64,000 nucleotides of DNA from Eledone cirrhosa (taxonomy: Eukaryota). The notes under the pieces are model-generated. The model was given only the letters and a program-made list of their open reading frames with translations. It made no database searches and was not told the DNA's origin. The position numbers and the translations under genes were made by a program. The DNA is taken from the NCBI GenBank assembly GCA_964016885.1, contig OZ024741.1:141298001-141362000 (forward strand). The letters run 5' to 3'. Below are positions 47,417 through 60,127 of the stretch, in pieces (the first letter of the stretch is position 1; every line of letters begins with the position of its first letter).

Positions 47417-47940
47417 GGCAGTATCGGTAGAGGGTCGGATGCTATGCTTTGCAGCATAGTTACGTCCCTTTACGGACTGAGTTCAAATCCCGCCGAGGTT
47501 AACTTTGTCTTTCATCCTTACAGGGTCGATAAAATAAAGTACCAGTAATGCACTGTGTAATTGCTGGCGTTGTGCCAAAAGTAGAAATAATTATTAATAT
47601 TATTATTTAAATCCCGCCGAGGTTAACCTTGCCTTTCATCCTTACGGGGTCGATAAAATAAGGTACCAGTAATACACTGAGATAATTGCTGGCCTTGTGC
47701 CAAAAGTAGAAATAATAATTATTATTATTATTGGATAGGGCGGTGGATTGGTAGTATCGGTAGAGGGTCAGACGCCATGCTTTGAGACATGGAGTTACGG
47801 CCCTTGCCATTCTGAGTTCAAATCCCGCCGAGGTTAACTTTGCCTTTCATCCTTACGGGGTCGATAAAATAAAGTACCAATAATGTACTGGGTAATTGCT
47901 GGCCTTGTGCCAAAAGTAGAAACAATTATTATTATTATTG
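47417..47940 (+). mobile_element. Three tandem copies of a tRNA-derived SINE with (ATT)n tails
   Basis: gagttcaaatcccgccgaggttaactttgcctttcatccttacggggtcgataaaataaagtacc repeated three times (B-box GTTCAAATC). Further copies at about 23575, 49250, 51476(-), 52445 and 53035. Confidence 0.85.
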
Positions 47941-48894
47941 TTATAGCCATCTCCTTTTATAGTCACAAGATTTTAGATCCCCATGTTATTTATGAGCCCT
48001 TTAACTCCTGATGTATCCTTGTCACAAACTGTAACGCTAAATCTCCCTGAGTAATCCCTGCAGGTTTTTCCGTCGATCAAAAATCCGTAATAGACGGAAG
48101 TCCAGCATTCCTCTGTATAAATCTGAACGGATTTAACTTTGTCTTTCTAAATACTACTTTAATACAGCCCGTGTCTGTGGAATGCTCAGCCACTTGCAGA
48201 TTAATTTCACGAGAAAGCTGTTCCGTTGATCGAACAACTGAAACACTGATCGTCGTAGCAGATGGAGGACCAAACCGTCCGTCTCTGTATAAAACTGAAC
48301 GGATTTGACTTTGGCTTTCATGATTTAGTATTGCTATTCAGGTATCTATTGAAGTCATTTAAGCTACATCTCTTAAATTTTGTTGGTATACTTCAAAAGC
48401 AGGTGTGAACAAGATATATATTTCTAAGAACAAAGGGCACTTTTTGTTGTTGTTTTTTTAAGATTGATTTATGATTGTTTACTCCCACCTATAATCCAAT
48501 CTACTTTCGTCAAGCTAATAAATATATAGATGACATTATATTGATTAATGTCACGTGCAGTGTCTGAATTTCCTGTGTTATTTCAGTAATAATATTCTAT
48601 TTATAAGACTCTGTTATATTTCCTTTTCTTATAATATATAGACATATACTCATGCCGTGCACTTCCACGGGTCCCCCCCATTCATGGAGCCATATTGTTT
48701 TTGTCATATCGAAATCCACTGCATATTTTAGTGTATCTACGTTTTCTATTGTCAGATAGTGTTATCTACAATATATTTCTTTTATAATGTTATCCACTTA
48801 ACTTTTGGGGAATGTCATACTGATATTCTCTGTAATCTTGTTTCATATTAATATCCACTATATATTTTTTCATCGGAGAGAGAAATCAATCGAA

Positions 48895-49137
48895 AAGATC
48901 CCAGACCTCATTCCCTTACCGAATGGGGTGGTACACGTAAAATTGTTCCATGGAAAGAATGTTTCCATTGGTCTTTCCATTGCTGATATTATCTACCGGT
49001 TGGAACGCCTGACAAAAAGAGCAACGGGAAATAAAGAGTTTTGCTCAAGGACATCGCCCAGTCAATGAATCGAATTGGCAACTTCACGATTGCGAATCCA
49101 ATTCTCAAATTATCTAACCACTAAGCCAGGCGCCTTC
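48895..49137 (-). mobile_element. tRNA-derived SINE, second family
   Basis: Reverse complement ggcgcctggcttagtggttag...attcgattc...gtccttgagcaaaactc shows A- and B-box-like motifs. Confidence 0.6.
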
Positions 49138-50702
49138 ACAATTTTTCATAATGATATCCATATTATATGTTATATTTTTTTTCCTTATTGACATCCACTT
49201 GTTTTTCATATTATCGACACTATATATATAAAAAGTTTTTTCATACGTCCAAATTTCGCCGAGGTCAACTTCGCCTTTATTTGTCTATTGTCGATAAATT
49301 ACCTGTCCAGTACTATGATTGATTCTTCCAATCTGTTTTACATTTAATCTCTATCTCTCACTCGCACTCCTGCTTTTCTGGAAGGTGTTGGCTGTTTTCC
49401 GATATGAAAATATTGGATTCTGCTAGGTTTAAATGGCCAAGACACGCTGTATATTATGGAGGCACCCCATCGACTTTTCCAGGAGTTAAGAGCCCGTGTG
49501 GAGATGGCATGACATGGATACGATAAATCTGTAAACGATGATTGTGTGATTTTGGGATAGTGTAACGGCATCTCAAATAACTATGACATAAAGTAATAAA
49601 TGAGGTGTGTCTACGGTCAATATGAAGCTGGTATGTCCGAGGCAAAGGCTAACTAGTTCGGCGCATAGGGTATAGACCTAAAAAGCGCATTATTGAACCT
49701 TAAAGAATACAAATTCGTATAATCAAATTAAATATATAATTGCCTGCCATTAATAAATGAATTGCTAAACATGTTTCCCACGTATTTGTCTCTTTCTCGA
49801 CTTCCATTCTCTCAATTCCTATCTTTCTCGGGATGAAAGCTGCTGTATTCAAACCTGCAAAGAAGATATGTGCTCGGCCAGGTTTTAAAAATGCCCCAGA
49901 AATGCCGTATGCAACGCGGCAGCTCTATAAATCCCTCAGGATTTACGGAGATAAAAATAAAGTATAGAAATATCGAATGCGTGGTAGAAAGCCGTATGCT
50001 GTTAATATGTGTAGCAGGGTTTGGCGTGAGTGAATGTGGTGGAAAACGAGGTTCGTCAGCTTAGTAAATTATATGTTGAGAGAATGGAGTTTATAACTAT
50101 AAGAAGGAAGCGTGGTTTTAGAGATAACCCTCGTACACTAAATACCCAGGCGTCGGTTCTGTTCTGGATGGTAGTCCATTATCTAATAAATTATGTCCTC
50201 GTGCTTGTACAAGCTATGAAATAAGAGTAGTAAACAGAATAGAGATGTAACCATATGGACGTATCATGTGCGAATATTTCAGACGTTCGCTTCGCAATCA
50301 TGTCTCCGGGTTCTATCCTATTTCGTGGTATCTTGAGCAAGTGTCATCTAACATAGCTTCGAATTTACCCATCTCTTTTGAGTGAAATAGGGTAGACGGA
50401 AACTCTTTAGAAGCCTGTCGGATGAACTGTGCCCATACTTCAAAGAGCTAACCTTGTCAAAGACTGAATCTCTCATGGAATATGAATTTTCTCGAGACTG
50501 GTGTATCTTCACCAGTATATATTCACAGTTATGATAAAATAATACCTCTGGAATGCTCAGCCACTTATACGTTAATTTCATAAGCCGGGTGTTTGGTTGA
50601 TCAAACAACTGGGGCATTTTTCTTCAAAACCGACGGAGGTCCATTCAACTCCAATAAAGCCGCAGATTTGAAGACGTGTCTTTGGTAAACGGGGATGTAT
50701 CC

Positions 50703-50784
50703 ACTTCCGTCGTGGGGGGAGAACCGGAAGTTTCAGTAGAAACGGAAATGAGATGTAAAGTGAAAGCCGGAAATGTTACGGAAG
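50703..50784. promoter_or_regulatory. Cluster of five ETS-type CGGAAR motifs
   Basis: acttccg 50703, ccggaagt 50724, cggaaat 50743, ccggaaat 50767, cggaag 50779, in otherwise CpG-poor DNA. Confidence 0.4.
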
Positions 50785-51389
50785 ATGACAATAAAAGAAT
50801 TAGTAATAAAAAATAGGTTATATATCAAACGCAAAACACGATAATAAAATCCGTTAAGTGCTCGTCAGAAAGTATAACAATGAGTTAAGTGACAATAATT
50901 TATATAATGGCAAAAATAGTTAATATATTTTAATGTGAAAGATTTATTCAGCGAATTATTTCTTTTAATAAGATTAAGTAAGATTATGAAGATAAAATCT
51001 AATACTTTTATTTCAATGGCAAAAGAACAAGTCATTTGATTACGGTTTAAGAATATTCTGTTGATTGGTTGTTATTAATAAGATTACATTTTATTAACTA
51101 TTTAGTTGAATTTAAATAGTCAATATTTATTTGTTTGTTAATCATATTTCATTAAAAAATATGGATCATTATTAACTTTAGACATGGGTGTGTGGTTATA
51201 TAGTATGCCTCGCAAACTCGTAGTTTCGGGTGCATTCCTGCTGCATTGCATTTTGTGGCTAGTTTTTTCTAATAAAGCTTCGGTTTGGCCAATTCCTTGT
51301 TAGTAAACTTTTCATTTTATCCATTCTACTACCCCAAGTATCGGGTTCTCTGGTGAGTTAAGGAGCAGCTGGTATTTTACCACACTCTA

Positions 51390-51427
<38 letters not shown>

Positions 51428-51475
51428 CATGTCCAGAAATTTGAAGGAAAACAGAAAGTCAAATCAGTCAATCCA

Positions 51476-51617
51476 GTGAGTTACTGGTACTTTATTTTAT
51501 CGATCCCGTAAGGATGAAAGGCAAAGCTATCATCGGTGGGATTTAAACTCAGAACGGATAGGGTCGTAACTCTATGCCGGGAAGCAGGGTGTTCGACGAT
51601 CTATCAATACTGCCAAA
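51476..51617 (-). mobile_element. SINE copy (family of 47417-47940)
   Basis: Reverse-complement match including gcctttcatccttacgggatcgataaaataaagtaccagt. Confidence 0.75.
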
Positions 51618-51698
51618 CCACAAATATAATTTTTTTTGTTTTTTCGTGTAACAACTAGAAACTGTGGTTATAACCCAGAGCTCTTGCGTTCTCACTCT

Positions 51699-51734
<36 letters not shown>

Positions 51735-51847
51735 ACCTCCATCTCTCTCCCTCCATCTCATCCTCTCTCTCTCAACCGCTCTCCCACCTTCTCTCCCTTT
51801 CTTCCTCTCCCCCGTCTCTCCTCTCCCCCATCTCCATTCATCTCTCC

Positions 51848-51884
<37 letters not shown>

Positions 51885-53920
51885 ATACAATTCACAACGA
51901 ATGAAAATGCGTTGAAATTCTTTAAAGTTGATTCCTGTATTTCTCAAATATTTTGTATCATTGTCGATCTACAATATGTTCCATCAACAGTAATATCTCA
52001 ATAGAACGAAACATGTTTCAAGGTACTTTTCTTAAATAGAAATTTAACAGGTGCGTATTGATTAAATTTCACCTGATGCATTGTCAAGTATAACTGCAGG
52101 TTAATAGGTGATCTCATCAAGCAGTACATTTTAAGAGTATATCCTGAAGGAGAATTTATCAGTGTTTAAGAAAGAAATACGCTGTTACCTAGTTTCTACG
52201 AGCTATTCCATGCGTCATATTCAATGCAATGATAGTAGACGATAAGTTTATATATCTTGTAATAAAATTGTATTAATTTTGGTTGCTATCTAGTGAAACA
52301 AACATTAAGGCATAAAAAAAACGTATTATCAACGTAGTTTGTATTAATAAAGTATTTAGCAATTGTAAGATATTTGTGAATAATACACGAATAAACGCGA
52401 ATAATACACCTGGTTTTATATTTAACATAAGTTTCAGTATAAAAAGGCGGTGAGCTGGCAGATTTGTTAGAATGCCTGATAGAATGTTTTATTCCGACTG
52501 TTTTCACTTTCTCTTCAAATCTCACCGAGGTCGATAAATAAAGTACCAGTTCAATACTTAATTTCGTTCTTCCTCTTTATTTTTTTCCCCATATCTCTCT
52601 TTTGCACACTCTTCCACTATCTATTTCCACTGTGTGTGTGTGTTGAAGCTATCGTCTGTTCCATCAGTAATTGCGATGGTAGATATAAAGGGAAAGCTCA
52701 ATTAAAAATTTATAGAATTTACTATTGGTTCTATGTCTTATTCTATTTATTTAGCTATACGTTAGACTGAATTAGACAGACATAATCTTCAATAGAATTC
52801 AAATGTAATTTGTGTCTCTATTTTAATTAGTTTCATCTTAGTTCCATATGCACGTATATTATGTATACTCCAAATCGAAAGAACATTTCGCCCCCATACT
52901 TTAAAAATACTGCCTACCCACCGCCCTTTATAATACGATGTATATAACATATCAAGCTGTGCAAACGGGAGAAACAAAACTCAATACATGGTATAAGTAA
53001 TGTACAATATATTCTATTATAGCTGTGAGTGAACATGGTGGATTAACGGAATCGTTAGAGCGTCTGAGAAGGGGAATTTTCGGTATTTCTGCAGCTCTGT
53101 TCAAATCTCACTGAGATCAACTTCACTCTGCATCGCTCCGGGCTCGATAAAATTAAGTATCAGTCAGGTTCTGGAAATGATATAATCGAGTCTACTTTCT
53201 CTCCATATTGCTGTCCTTGTGCCTAAATTAGAAACCATGATAGCCTGATGGTGAGAGTCTGGCTTTCTATAAATGTATTTTCTCTAGACTGGTGTATCTT
53301 CACCAGTATATATTCTCAGTTCTGATAAAATAATCTGCCTATAGTCTCTTTACTAAAATAGCATTTTCTAGACCTCAATAGATTACATCTTTACAAAGAA
53401 TCCGCCATCAGCAAACAATCATTTTACCATTTTATATATTTTTAATTAAAACAATAACTGCTTGAATACCATATTATATATTTTTAATTAAAACAATAAC
53501 TGCTTGAATATTGAACAAAATCTAATTTCATGAACAAATACATAGCTGTAGCCATGTATATATTTAGCATTCTTACCACAGAAAAACTTTGGGGAGAAAA
53601 TCCTATTTCTTATCGTCATTGATATATGATTAAGAATATTTTTTTCAGTATATCCGATTTGAAGGGGATTCAAATTCATTAATATACAGGCAGATATTTT
53701 ATATATATAGTCCATGAGTAAATAACATTGGTGAGATATTCATTACCTTCTTACGTCCTAGAATCGCGTCATGAATAAAGAGATCTGCTTCAACACAGAA
53801 TTTTCTGTTTAAAATCGTGAAATATTAGACGTGTATTCTAATCTTATGATGATACAAATTAATTTATTTAAGGTGATGTTCTAGGACGTTGAACGTTAAT
53901 GATATTTTGACAAATGCTAT

Positions 53921-53971
<51 letters not shown>

Positions 53972-53972
<1 letters not shown>

Positions 53973-54663
53973 GTGGTTGAAACACCATATTTACAAGGAG
54001 GAGGCTAGCCCACTGTGCAGGATCTGTGGAGAGAGAGGGGAGACTGTGGCTCACATTTTATCCGAGTGTAAACACCTAGCCCAGACTCACTATAAGGGCT
54101 GGAGACATGATGTGATGGGCAGGGTGATCCACTGGCACCTATGCAAAGTAAATAATTTACCACATTCTGAGAAGTGGTATGAGCATAAGCCAGAGTCGGT
54201 GATAGAAAACGATCAGGTGAAGGTGCTGTGGGATTTTAGGATACAGACGGACAAGAAACTGGAACACAATAGACCTGACCTGGTGGTTGTGGACAAAGAA
54301 AAAAGATCGTGCCTGATTGTGGATGTGGCCTGCCCATTCGACACGAGAGTGCAAGAGAAGGAGAGGGAGAAAATTAACCGATACCAGGACTTAAAGTGCG
54401 AGGTAAAAAGGATTTGGAACTGCCATGAAGTCAAAGTGATCCCGATTATCATAGGCGCACTAGGGACTATCTCAAAAAGTTTCCAGGGATGGTTAAAGAA
54501 AATTGGCCCCTTCACGCTTTTTGAAACGCTTCAAAAGGCATGCTTGCTGGGAACAGCAAGAACCCTCTGTTACGTCCTGAATATCTGAGGCTGCAGGTAG
54601 TGGCTTGATATTCATTTCAACAAACTTTCCAGTTAACTAACATCAATGACTGAGACTCAAAGA

Positions 54664-54664
<1 letters not shown>
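53972..54664 (+). mobile_element. 5'-truncated R4/Dong-type element, family 1
   Basis: ORF 53977-54588 is near-identical to the C-terminal 203 aa of 54943-58335; (AAT)n on both sides. Confidence 0.93.
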
Positions 54665-54709
<45 letters not shown>

Positions 54710-54722
54710 TAATAATAATAAT

Positions 54723-57700
54723 TCGAATACTACATTACAATGAAACTTATGCTTATTCATTTTTGGGGCCCTTTCTGCCCGTGTGTTTGTTTGTTTATGT
54801 GTGTCCGTATACAGCGTGGTGATAATGCCACACAAGGGCCAAGTGGGATGGCGGATCCACAGATGGCTATGTAAACATACATTCGCCAATCCTCGATAAG
54901 AGTGTTTAAATATCGAACATAAACAGTTCGAATAACGGTGAAATGGAGACTAGAACGTCATGTGACAGACTCTCACCCAACAGGTGCCCCCTGGCTCAGC
55001 AGCAGGAACCTGACTGTCAACGAAATACTGCTGATGTTGGAGGAAGAAGAAGAAGGAAAGGGGCCAGAACCAACTGGACGAAAGAATTGAATAGAACTGT
55101 TATGCAATGCTACCTGAAAAGTAACCCCAAGGAGAGGGGCTACAGGAGACGGATGCATAACATCTGGAACGAGATTGGTTTATTTAAATTAGATGAACAA
55201 AAATTGGCCGGGCAGGCTCGGGTAATAAGAACTAATGGGTGGATAAGCGAGCTGGAACTGGAGGAACTGAGCAGAGAGAATGGCTTGGAGATGGCGGGTG
55301 TAGTATGCCAGACAAGCGAGCCGGCGGGAAATGAAGGTGAGGAGGTCCTGAGAGCGGAGGAACCACCCGAAGCAGACAATGATCTGAATACTGAGATAAA
55401 TAATACCTGGAACAGAGATACGGCCACTGAGGAGATGAATGCTGACGGGCTAGGACAAGATTCGGTTGACATCCTAAATTTAGTGGTAGATGAGTTGAAC
55501 AATGATAGTGGGAGACCTATGAACCTAAGATTTGTAGACAGGAAAAAGTTAAAAGAAACAACAGCTAAGGTAAACAAAGTCATCCCATACCTTGAGGCGA
55601 GGAGTCTTCACCAGTGCAACAATATCCTCAAAGCAACAGCAAATACGGTGAGGAAACTACTTGGTATAAAAGCGAGAGGAAACAACAGACAAGAAAGAGC
55701 AGAGCCGTGGTGGAAGAAGCGACTGAGTGGGCAAATCGGGGAAATGAGAAATGACATAGGAAAGCTTGAGTCACTACTGAATGGGACACTAAAAAACATA
55801 GACACTAAAAATAGACTGGAAATAAAATACAAAACTAGGAGTAAAAAGCTAAATATTATCATAGAGGAATTGAAGCAACGCATTGTAGCAAAGAGTGCCA
55901 AAATCAGGCGATACGAGAACAGAGTCAGTCAGTATAAAGAGAACCGCATGTTCGACAACAACCAGAAGATGCTGTTTGGACAGCTTGAGGGGAAAGAAAG
56001 AGGCACCGACTTGATCCCTGGGGCGGAACAAGCTAAAACATTCTGGAGAGGAATATGGGAGCAGGATGTTAGACACAATGCCCAGGCAGGGTGGATTGAG
56101 ACAGTACAGAGGGAGATCGGTGAGCAGGCACAGCAACAGACTGATTTGAGTATCACAGTTGAAACTCTTAAGGGGCAAGCCAAAAAACTAACCAACTGGA
56201 AATCACCAGGCCCAGATGGTGTGCAGGGGTATTGGATTAAACATTTAACATCCCTCCACCCGAAGCTGACGGCCATGTTCAATGACTGCTTGGTGTCGGG
56301 TGAGGTGCCAGAGTGGTTGACAAAAGGTACCACAGTTCTGATAATGAAAGACCGAATCAAGGGTAATGATGTTACCAACTATAGACCTATCACATGTCTG
56401 CCCGTAATGTGGAAACTGTTGACGAGCATTGTGTCTGAGGAAATCTACCATCACCTCCACACAAACAACTTGTTGCCGGACGAACAGAAAGGATGCCGAA
56501 AGAAGTCACGTGGTACAAAGGACCAGTTGCTTATTGATAAGATGGTAATGGGGAATTGCAGGAGGAGACACACTGATCTTGCCATGGGATGGATAGACTA
56601 CAGAAAGGCATTTGACATGGTGCCTCATTCCTGGATCACCAAAAGCCTGGAGATCTTCAGGGTGGCAGATAACATCAGACAGTTGCTGGGCAGGAGTATG
56701 GGGTCCTGGGAGACAGAGTTGACATCAACTGGAGTATCCTTGGGAAGCGTGAAGATCAAGAGAGGTATCTTCCAGGGAGATAGCCTGTCCCCTCTGTTGT
56801 TTGTCCTTGCCCTGATGCCCTTGACCATTATGCTGCGAAAAGTGAGAGCAGGATACAAGTTGGGAAGGGGAGAGCTTACCATCAATCACCTCCTCTTCAT
56901 GGACGATCTTAAGCTCTTCGGGAAAAGTGAGAAGGAGTTGGATGTGCTTGTTGACACTGTCCCTATTTTCAGCAGTGATATATGTATGCAGTTTGGTATT
57001 GGTAAATGTGGAGTCATTGTGATGAGGAGGGGTAGGTTGAGCAGAAGTAACGGGATCCAGATACCAACAGGTGAGATGATAAAGGAAATTGACTCTGAGG
57101 AAGGATACAAGTATTTGGGCGTTCTGGAGGCTGATGGCATAAAGAACAAAAAAATGAAGGAATTGTTAAGAACTGAATACATTCGGAGAGTAAGGAGCGT
57201 ATTGAAGTCACATCTGAACAGCAGAAATGCCATAAGCGCAGTAAATTCCCGAGCTGTGTCTATTATTAGGTACAGTGCGGGAATTCTGAGATGGAATGTT
57301 GCTGAACAAAAAGAAATGGATAGGAAGACTAGGAAGCTATTGACTATCTACAACATGTTCCACAAGAGGAGTGATGTCGATAGACTCTACCTAAGGAGAT
57401 CTGAGGGTGGAAGAGGTCTTATCAGCATAGAGGACTGTGTTCAGATGGAGAAAAACAACCTATACAAATACGTGACCTATAGTAAGGAGCCAATGCTCAG
57501 AGCTGTACTGAAGGAGGGGACAGTAGGCCAGGGGATACCCAAGGAGGAAATAACATCAAGGAGGAAGAGCAGCCTTAAGGGAAAATCCCTTCATAGTACC
57601 TTCTTTGAGAAAACTGAATTTAGAGATCCACAGACATGGAACTGGTTGAGAAGAGGAGACCTCAAAAAGGCTACAGAAGGAATGCTAATGGCTGCGCAGG

Positions 57701-58410
57701 AGCAGGCCCTCAAAACGAAGTGGTTGAAGCACCATATCTACAAGGAGGAGGCTAGCCCACTGTGCAGGATCTGTGGAGAGAGAGAGGAGACTGTGGCTCA
57801 CATTGTGTCCGAGTGTAAACACCTAGCCCAGACCCACTATAAGGGCTGGAGACACGATGTGATGGGCAGGGTGATCCACTGGCACCTGTGCAAAGTAAAC
57901 AATCTACCACATTCTGAGAAATGGTATGAGCATAGGCCAGAGGCGGTGATGGAGAACAGTCAGGTGAAGGTGCTGTGGGATTTTAGGATACAGACGGACA
58001 AAAAACTGGAACACAATAGACCTGACCTGGTGGTTGTGGACAAAGAAAAAAGATCGTGCCTGATTGTGGATGTGGCCTGCCCGTTCGACACGAGAGTGCA
58101 AGAGAAGGAGAGGGAGAAAATTAACCGATACCAGGACCTAAAGTGGGAGGTGAAAAGGATTTGGAACTGCCATGAAGTCAAAGTGATCCCGATTGTCATA
58201 GGCGCACTGGGGACTATCTCCAAAGGTTTCCAGGGATGGTTAAAGAAAATCGGCCCCTTCACGCTTTTTGGAACGCTTCAAAAGGCATGCTTGCTTGGAA
58301 CGGCAAGAACCCTCCGATACGTCCTGAATATCTGAGGCTGCAGGTAGTGGCTTGATATTCAATCCAACGGACTTTCCAGTTAACCAACATCAATGACTGA
58401 GATTCAAGGA
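54723..58410 (+). mobile_element. Apparently full-length R4/Dong-clade site-specific non-LTR retrotransposon in (AAT)n
   Basis: About 220-nt 5' UTR, single ORF, 75-nt 3' UTR and (AAT)n flanks. Confidence 0.93.
54943..58335 (+). CDS. RT + CCHC zinc knuckle + restriction-like endonuclease polyprotein, 1130 aa, intact
   Basis: WKSPGPDG, NYRPITCL, EQKGC, WIDYRKAFDMVPH, GIFQGDSLSP, LFMDD, YKYLG, CRIC..H..SEC, RHD, RPDLVV..IVDVACP..EKINRY. Confidence 0.96.
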   Translation: METRTSCDRLSPNRCPLAQQQEPDCQRNTADVGGRRRRKGARTNWTKELNRTVMQCYLKSNPKERGYRRRMHNIWNEIGLFKLDEQKLAGQARVIRTNGWISELELEELSRENGLEMAGVVCQTSEPAGNEGEEVLRAEEPPEADNDLNTEINNTWNRDTATEEMNADGLGQDSVDILNLVVDELNNDSGRPMNLRFVDRKKLKETTAKVNKVIPYLEARSLHQCNNILKATANTVRKLLGIKARGNNRQERAEPWWKKRLSGQIGEMRNDIGKLESLLNGTLKNIDTKNRLEIKYKTRSKKLNIIIEELKQRIVAKSAKIRRYENRVSQYKENRMFDNNQKMLFGQLEGKERGTDLIPGAEQAKTFWRGIWEQDVRHNAQAGWIETVQREIGEQAQQQTDLSITVETLKGQAKKLTNWKSPGPDGVQGYWIKHLTSLHPKLTAMFNDCLVSGEVPEWLTKGTTVLIMKDRIKGNDVTNYRPITCLPVMWKLLTSIVSEEIYHHLHTNNLLPDEQKGCRKKSRGTKDQLLIDKMVMGNCRRRHTDLAMGWIDYRKAFDMVPHSWITKSLEIFRVADNIRQLLGRSMGSWETELTSTGVSLGSVKIKRGIFQGDSLSPLLFVLALMPLTIMLRKVRAGYKLGRGELTINHLLFMDDLKLFGKSEKELDVLVDTVPIFSSDICMQFGIGKCGVIVMRRGRLSRSNGIQIPTGEMIKEIDSEEGYKYLGVLEADGIKNKKMKELLRTEYIRRVRSVLKSHLNSRNAISAVNSRAVSIIRYSAGILRWNVAEQKEMDRKTRKLLTIYNMFHKRSDVDRLYLRRSEGGRGLISIEDCVQMEKNNLYKYVTYSKEPMLRAVLKEGTVGQGIPKEEITSRRKSSLKGKSLHSTFFEKTEFRDPQTWNWLRRGDLKKATEGMLMAAQEQALKTKWLKHHIYKEEASPLCRICGEREETVAHIVSECKHLAQTHYKGWRHDVMGRVIHWHLCKVNNLPHSEKWYEHRPEAVMENSQVKVLWDFRIQTDKKLEHNRPDLVVVDKEKRSCLIVDVACPFDTRVQEKEREKINRYQDLKWEVKRIWNCHEVKVIPIVIGALGTISKGFQGWLKKIGPFTLFGTLQKACLLGTARTLRYVLNI

Positions 58411-58421
58411 ATAACAATGGC

Positions 58422-58468
<47 letters not shown>

Positions 58469-58470
<2 letters not shown>

Positions 58471-60052
58471 GCGCCAAAGCAACGTTCACCAGAGGAAAGC
58501 TGCTGAAGAGTTCAGACATTAATCTTGACCGGGGGAACGTGATAAGAGAGCTTGATCAAGAAAAAACTTACAAATATCTAGGTGTTTGTGAAGGAGACGG
58601 AATCAAGCACTCGACAATGAGGGAAAGGATAAGGAAGGAATGTTACCGCAGAGTCAGAGCAATCTTAAGAACGGAATTGAATGCAAGGAATAGGATCGAT
58701 GCCATAAACACGCTTGCCATACCAGTAGTAACCTACAGTTACAATGTCATCAACTGGTCAAGCACAGAGATCCGTAGGCTCGATACAAAAATCCGAAAAT
58801 TCTTAACCATGCACAGAATGCATCACCCTAAGGCAGACATAGATAGAATATATCTCCCTAGGAAAGAAGGAGGACGTGGGTTAATCCAGTTAGACATTGC
58901 GTTGAAAACTGCAACAATTGGATTATCCACATATCTAAGGGAATCACATGATTGGATGATCAAACTCGTTTTGAAACACGAAAGCACCAACAGATCATAT
59001 TCCATTACAAAAGATGCACAAAGATACAGTAATGGACTACAAATTTCAGAAGTCCCATTTACTGCTGAAATGGAAAACACAGAAAAAGCAAAGCAGGTAA
59101 AAGTAACTGCAAAGAAAGAACTGCTACAGAAACTGGCAAAGAAATGGCAAGAAAAGCCTCTGTATGGAAAATACCCAGAGCGAGCTAACAATCCTGATGT
59201 TGACAAAACTTTAACCCATCAGTGGTTGGCATCCTCTGGACTGAAATCGGAGACTGAAGGACTGATTATATCGGCACAAGATCAGTGTCTGCCAACAAAA
59301 AATTACCAAGCCAACATAATAAAAAATGGGTGCAGCCCATTATGCCGTGTATGCAAAAAACAACCAGATACCATTGACCATATAATTTCAATGTGCAGTC
59401 CTATAGCTCCAACCGAATACCTAAACAGGCATGACAGAGCTGCACAATACATACATTGGATAATGTGTAAGCATTTTGACCTGCCCCATCAAAAGAATTG
59501 GTGGGAGCATCAACCACCTCCCATACTTGAAAAAGATCACATCTCAATCTTGTGGAACTTTAGCATCCAAACAGACCGAGAAATAGATGCAAATAGACCT
59601 GATATAATATTGAAGGACTTTCAAATGAGGGTATGCCTGCTAATTGATATGTCTGTTCCAATAGACAAGAATGTATCTATGAAAACATTTGAAAAATTGA
59701 GCAAGTATAAGGACCTGGAGATAGAAATTGGAAAAATGTGGAAATTGAGAACTAAAACAATACCAGTGGTTGTAGGCGCTCTAGTAATGATACCTAAGGG
59801 GTCTAATGATTACTTATCGCAAATCCCAGGAAACCCGCGTATAGGAGAAATACAAAAGATAGTACTAATGGGAACTGCTCATAGACTAAGGAACATTCTG
59901 TCAATATAAGTACATCACGAGTCTAAACACCTAAAGATGCATGTGTGAGTATGTATGTTCTTTTTTGAACATGGCGGACCTTGTTGTCTCTTGAGGTCAT
60001 GGTTGTAACTTGGTGATAACTCGTATGAACATAAAGCAAGATAAATGCAGCT

Positions 60053-60053
<1 letters not shown>
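58469..60053 (+). mobile_element. 5'-truncated R4/Dong-type element, family 2
   Basis: ORF 58539-59909 has YKYLG, GGRGL, AQDQ, CRVC..H..C, RHD, RPDI..IDMSVP..EKLSKY; distinct 3' UTR; (AAT)n flanks. Confidence 0.92.

Positions 60054-60127
<74 letters not shown>

Noticed and set aside
53430-53510. Short tandem duplication, and a 55-bp repeat shared by about 50488 and 53278
   Set aside because: Ordinary local duplication or small repeat fragment with no further structure.
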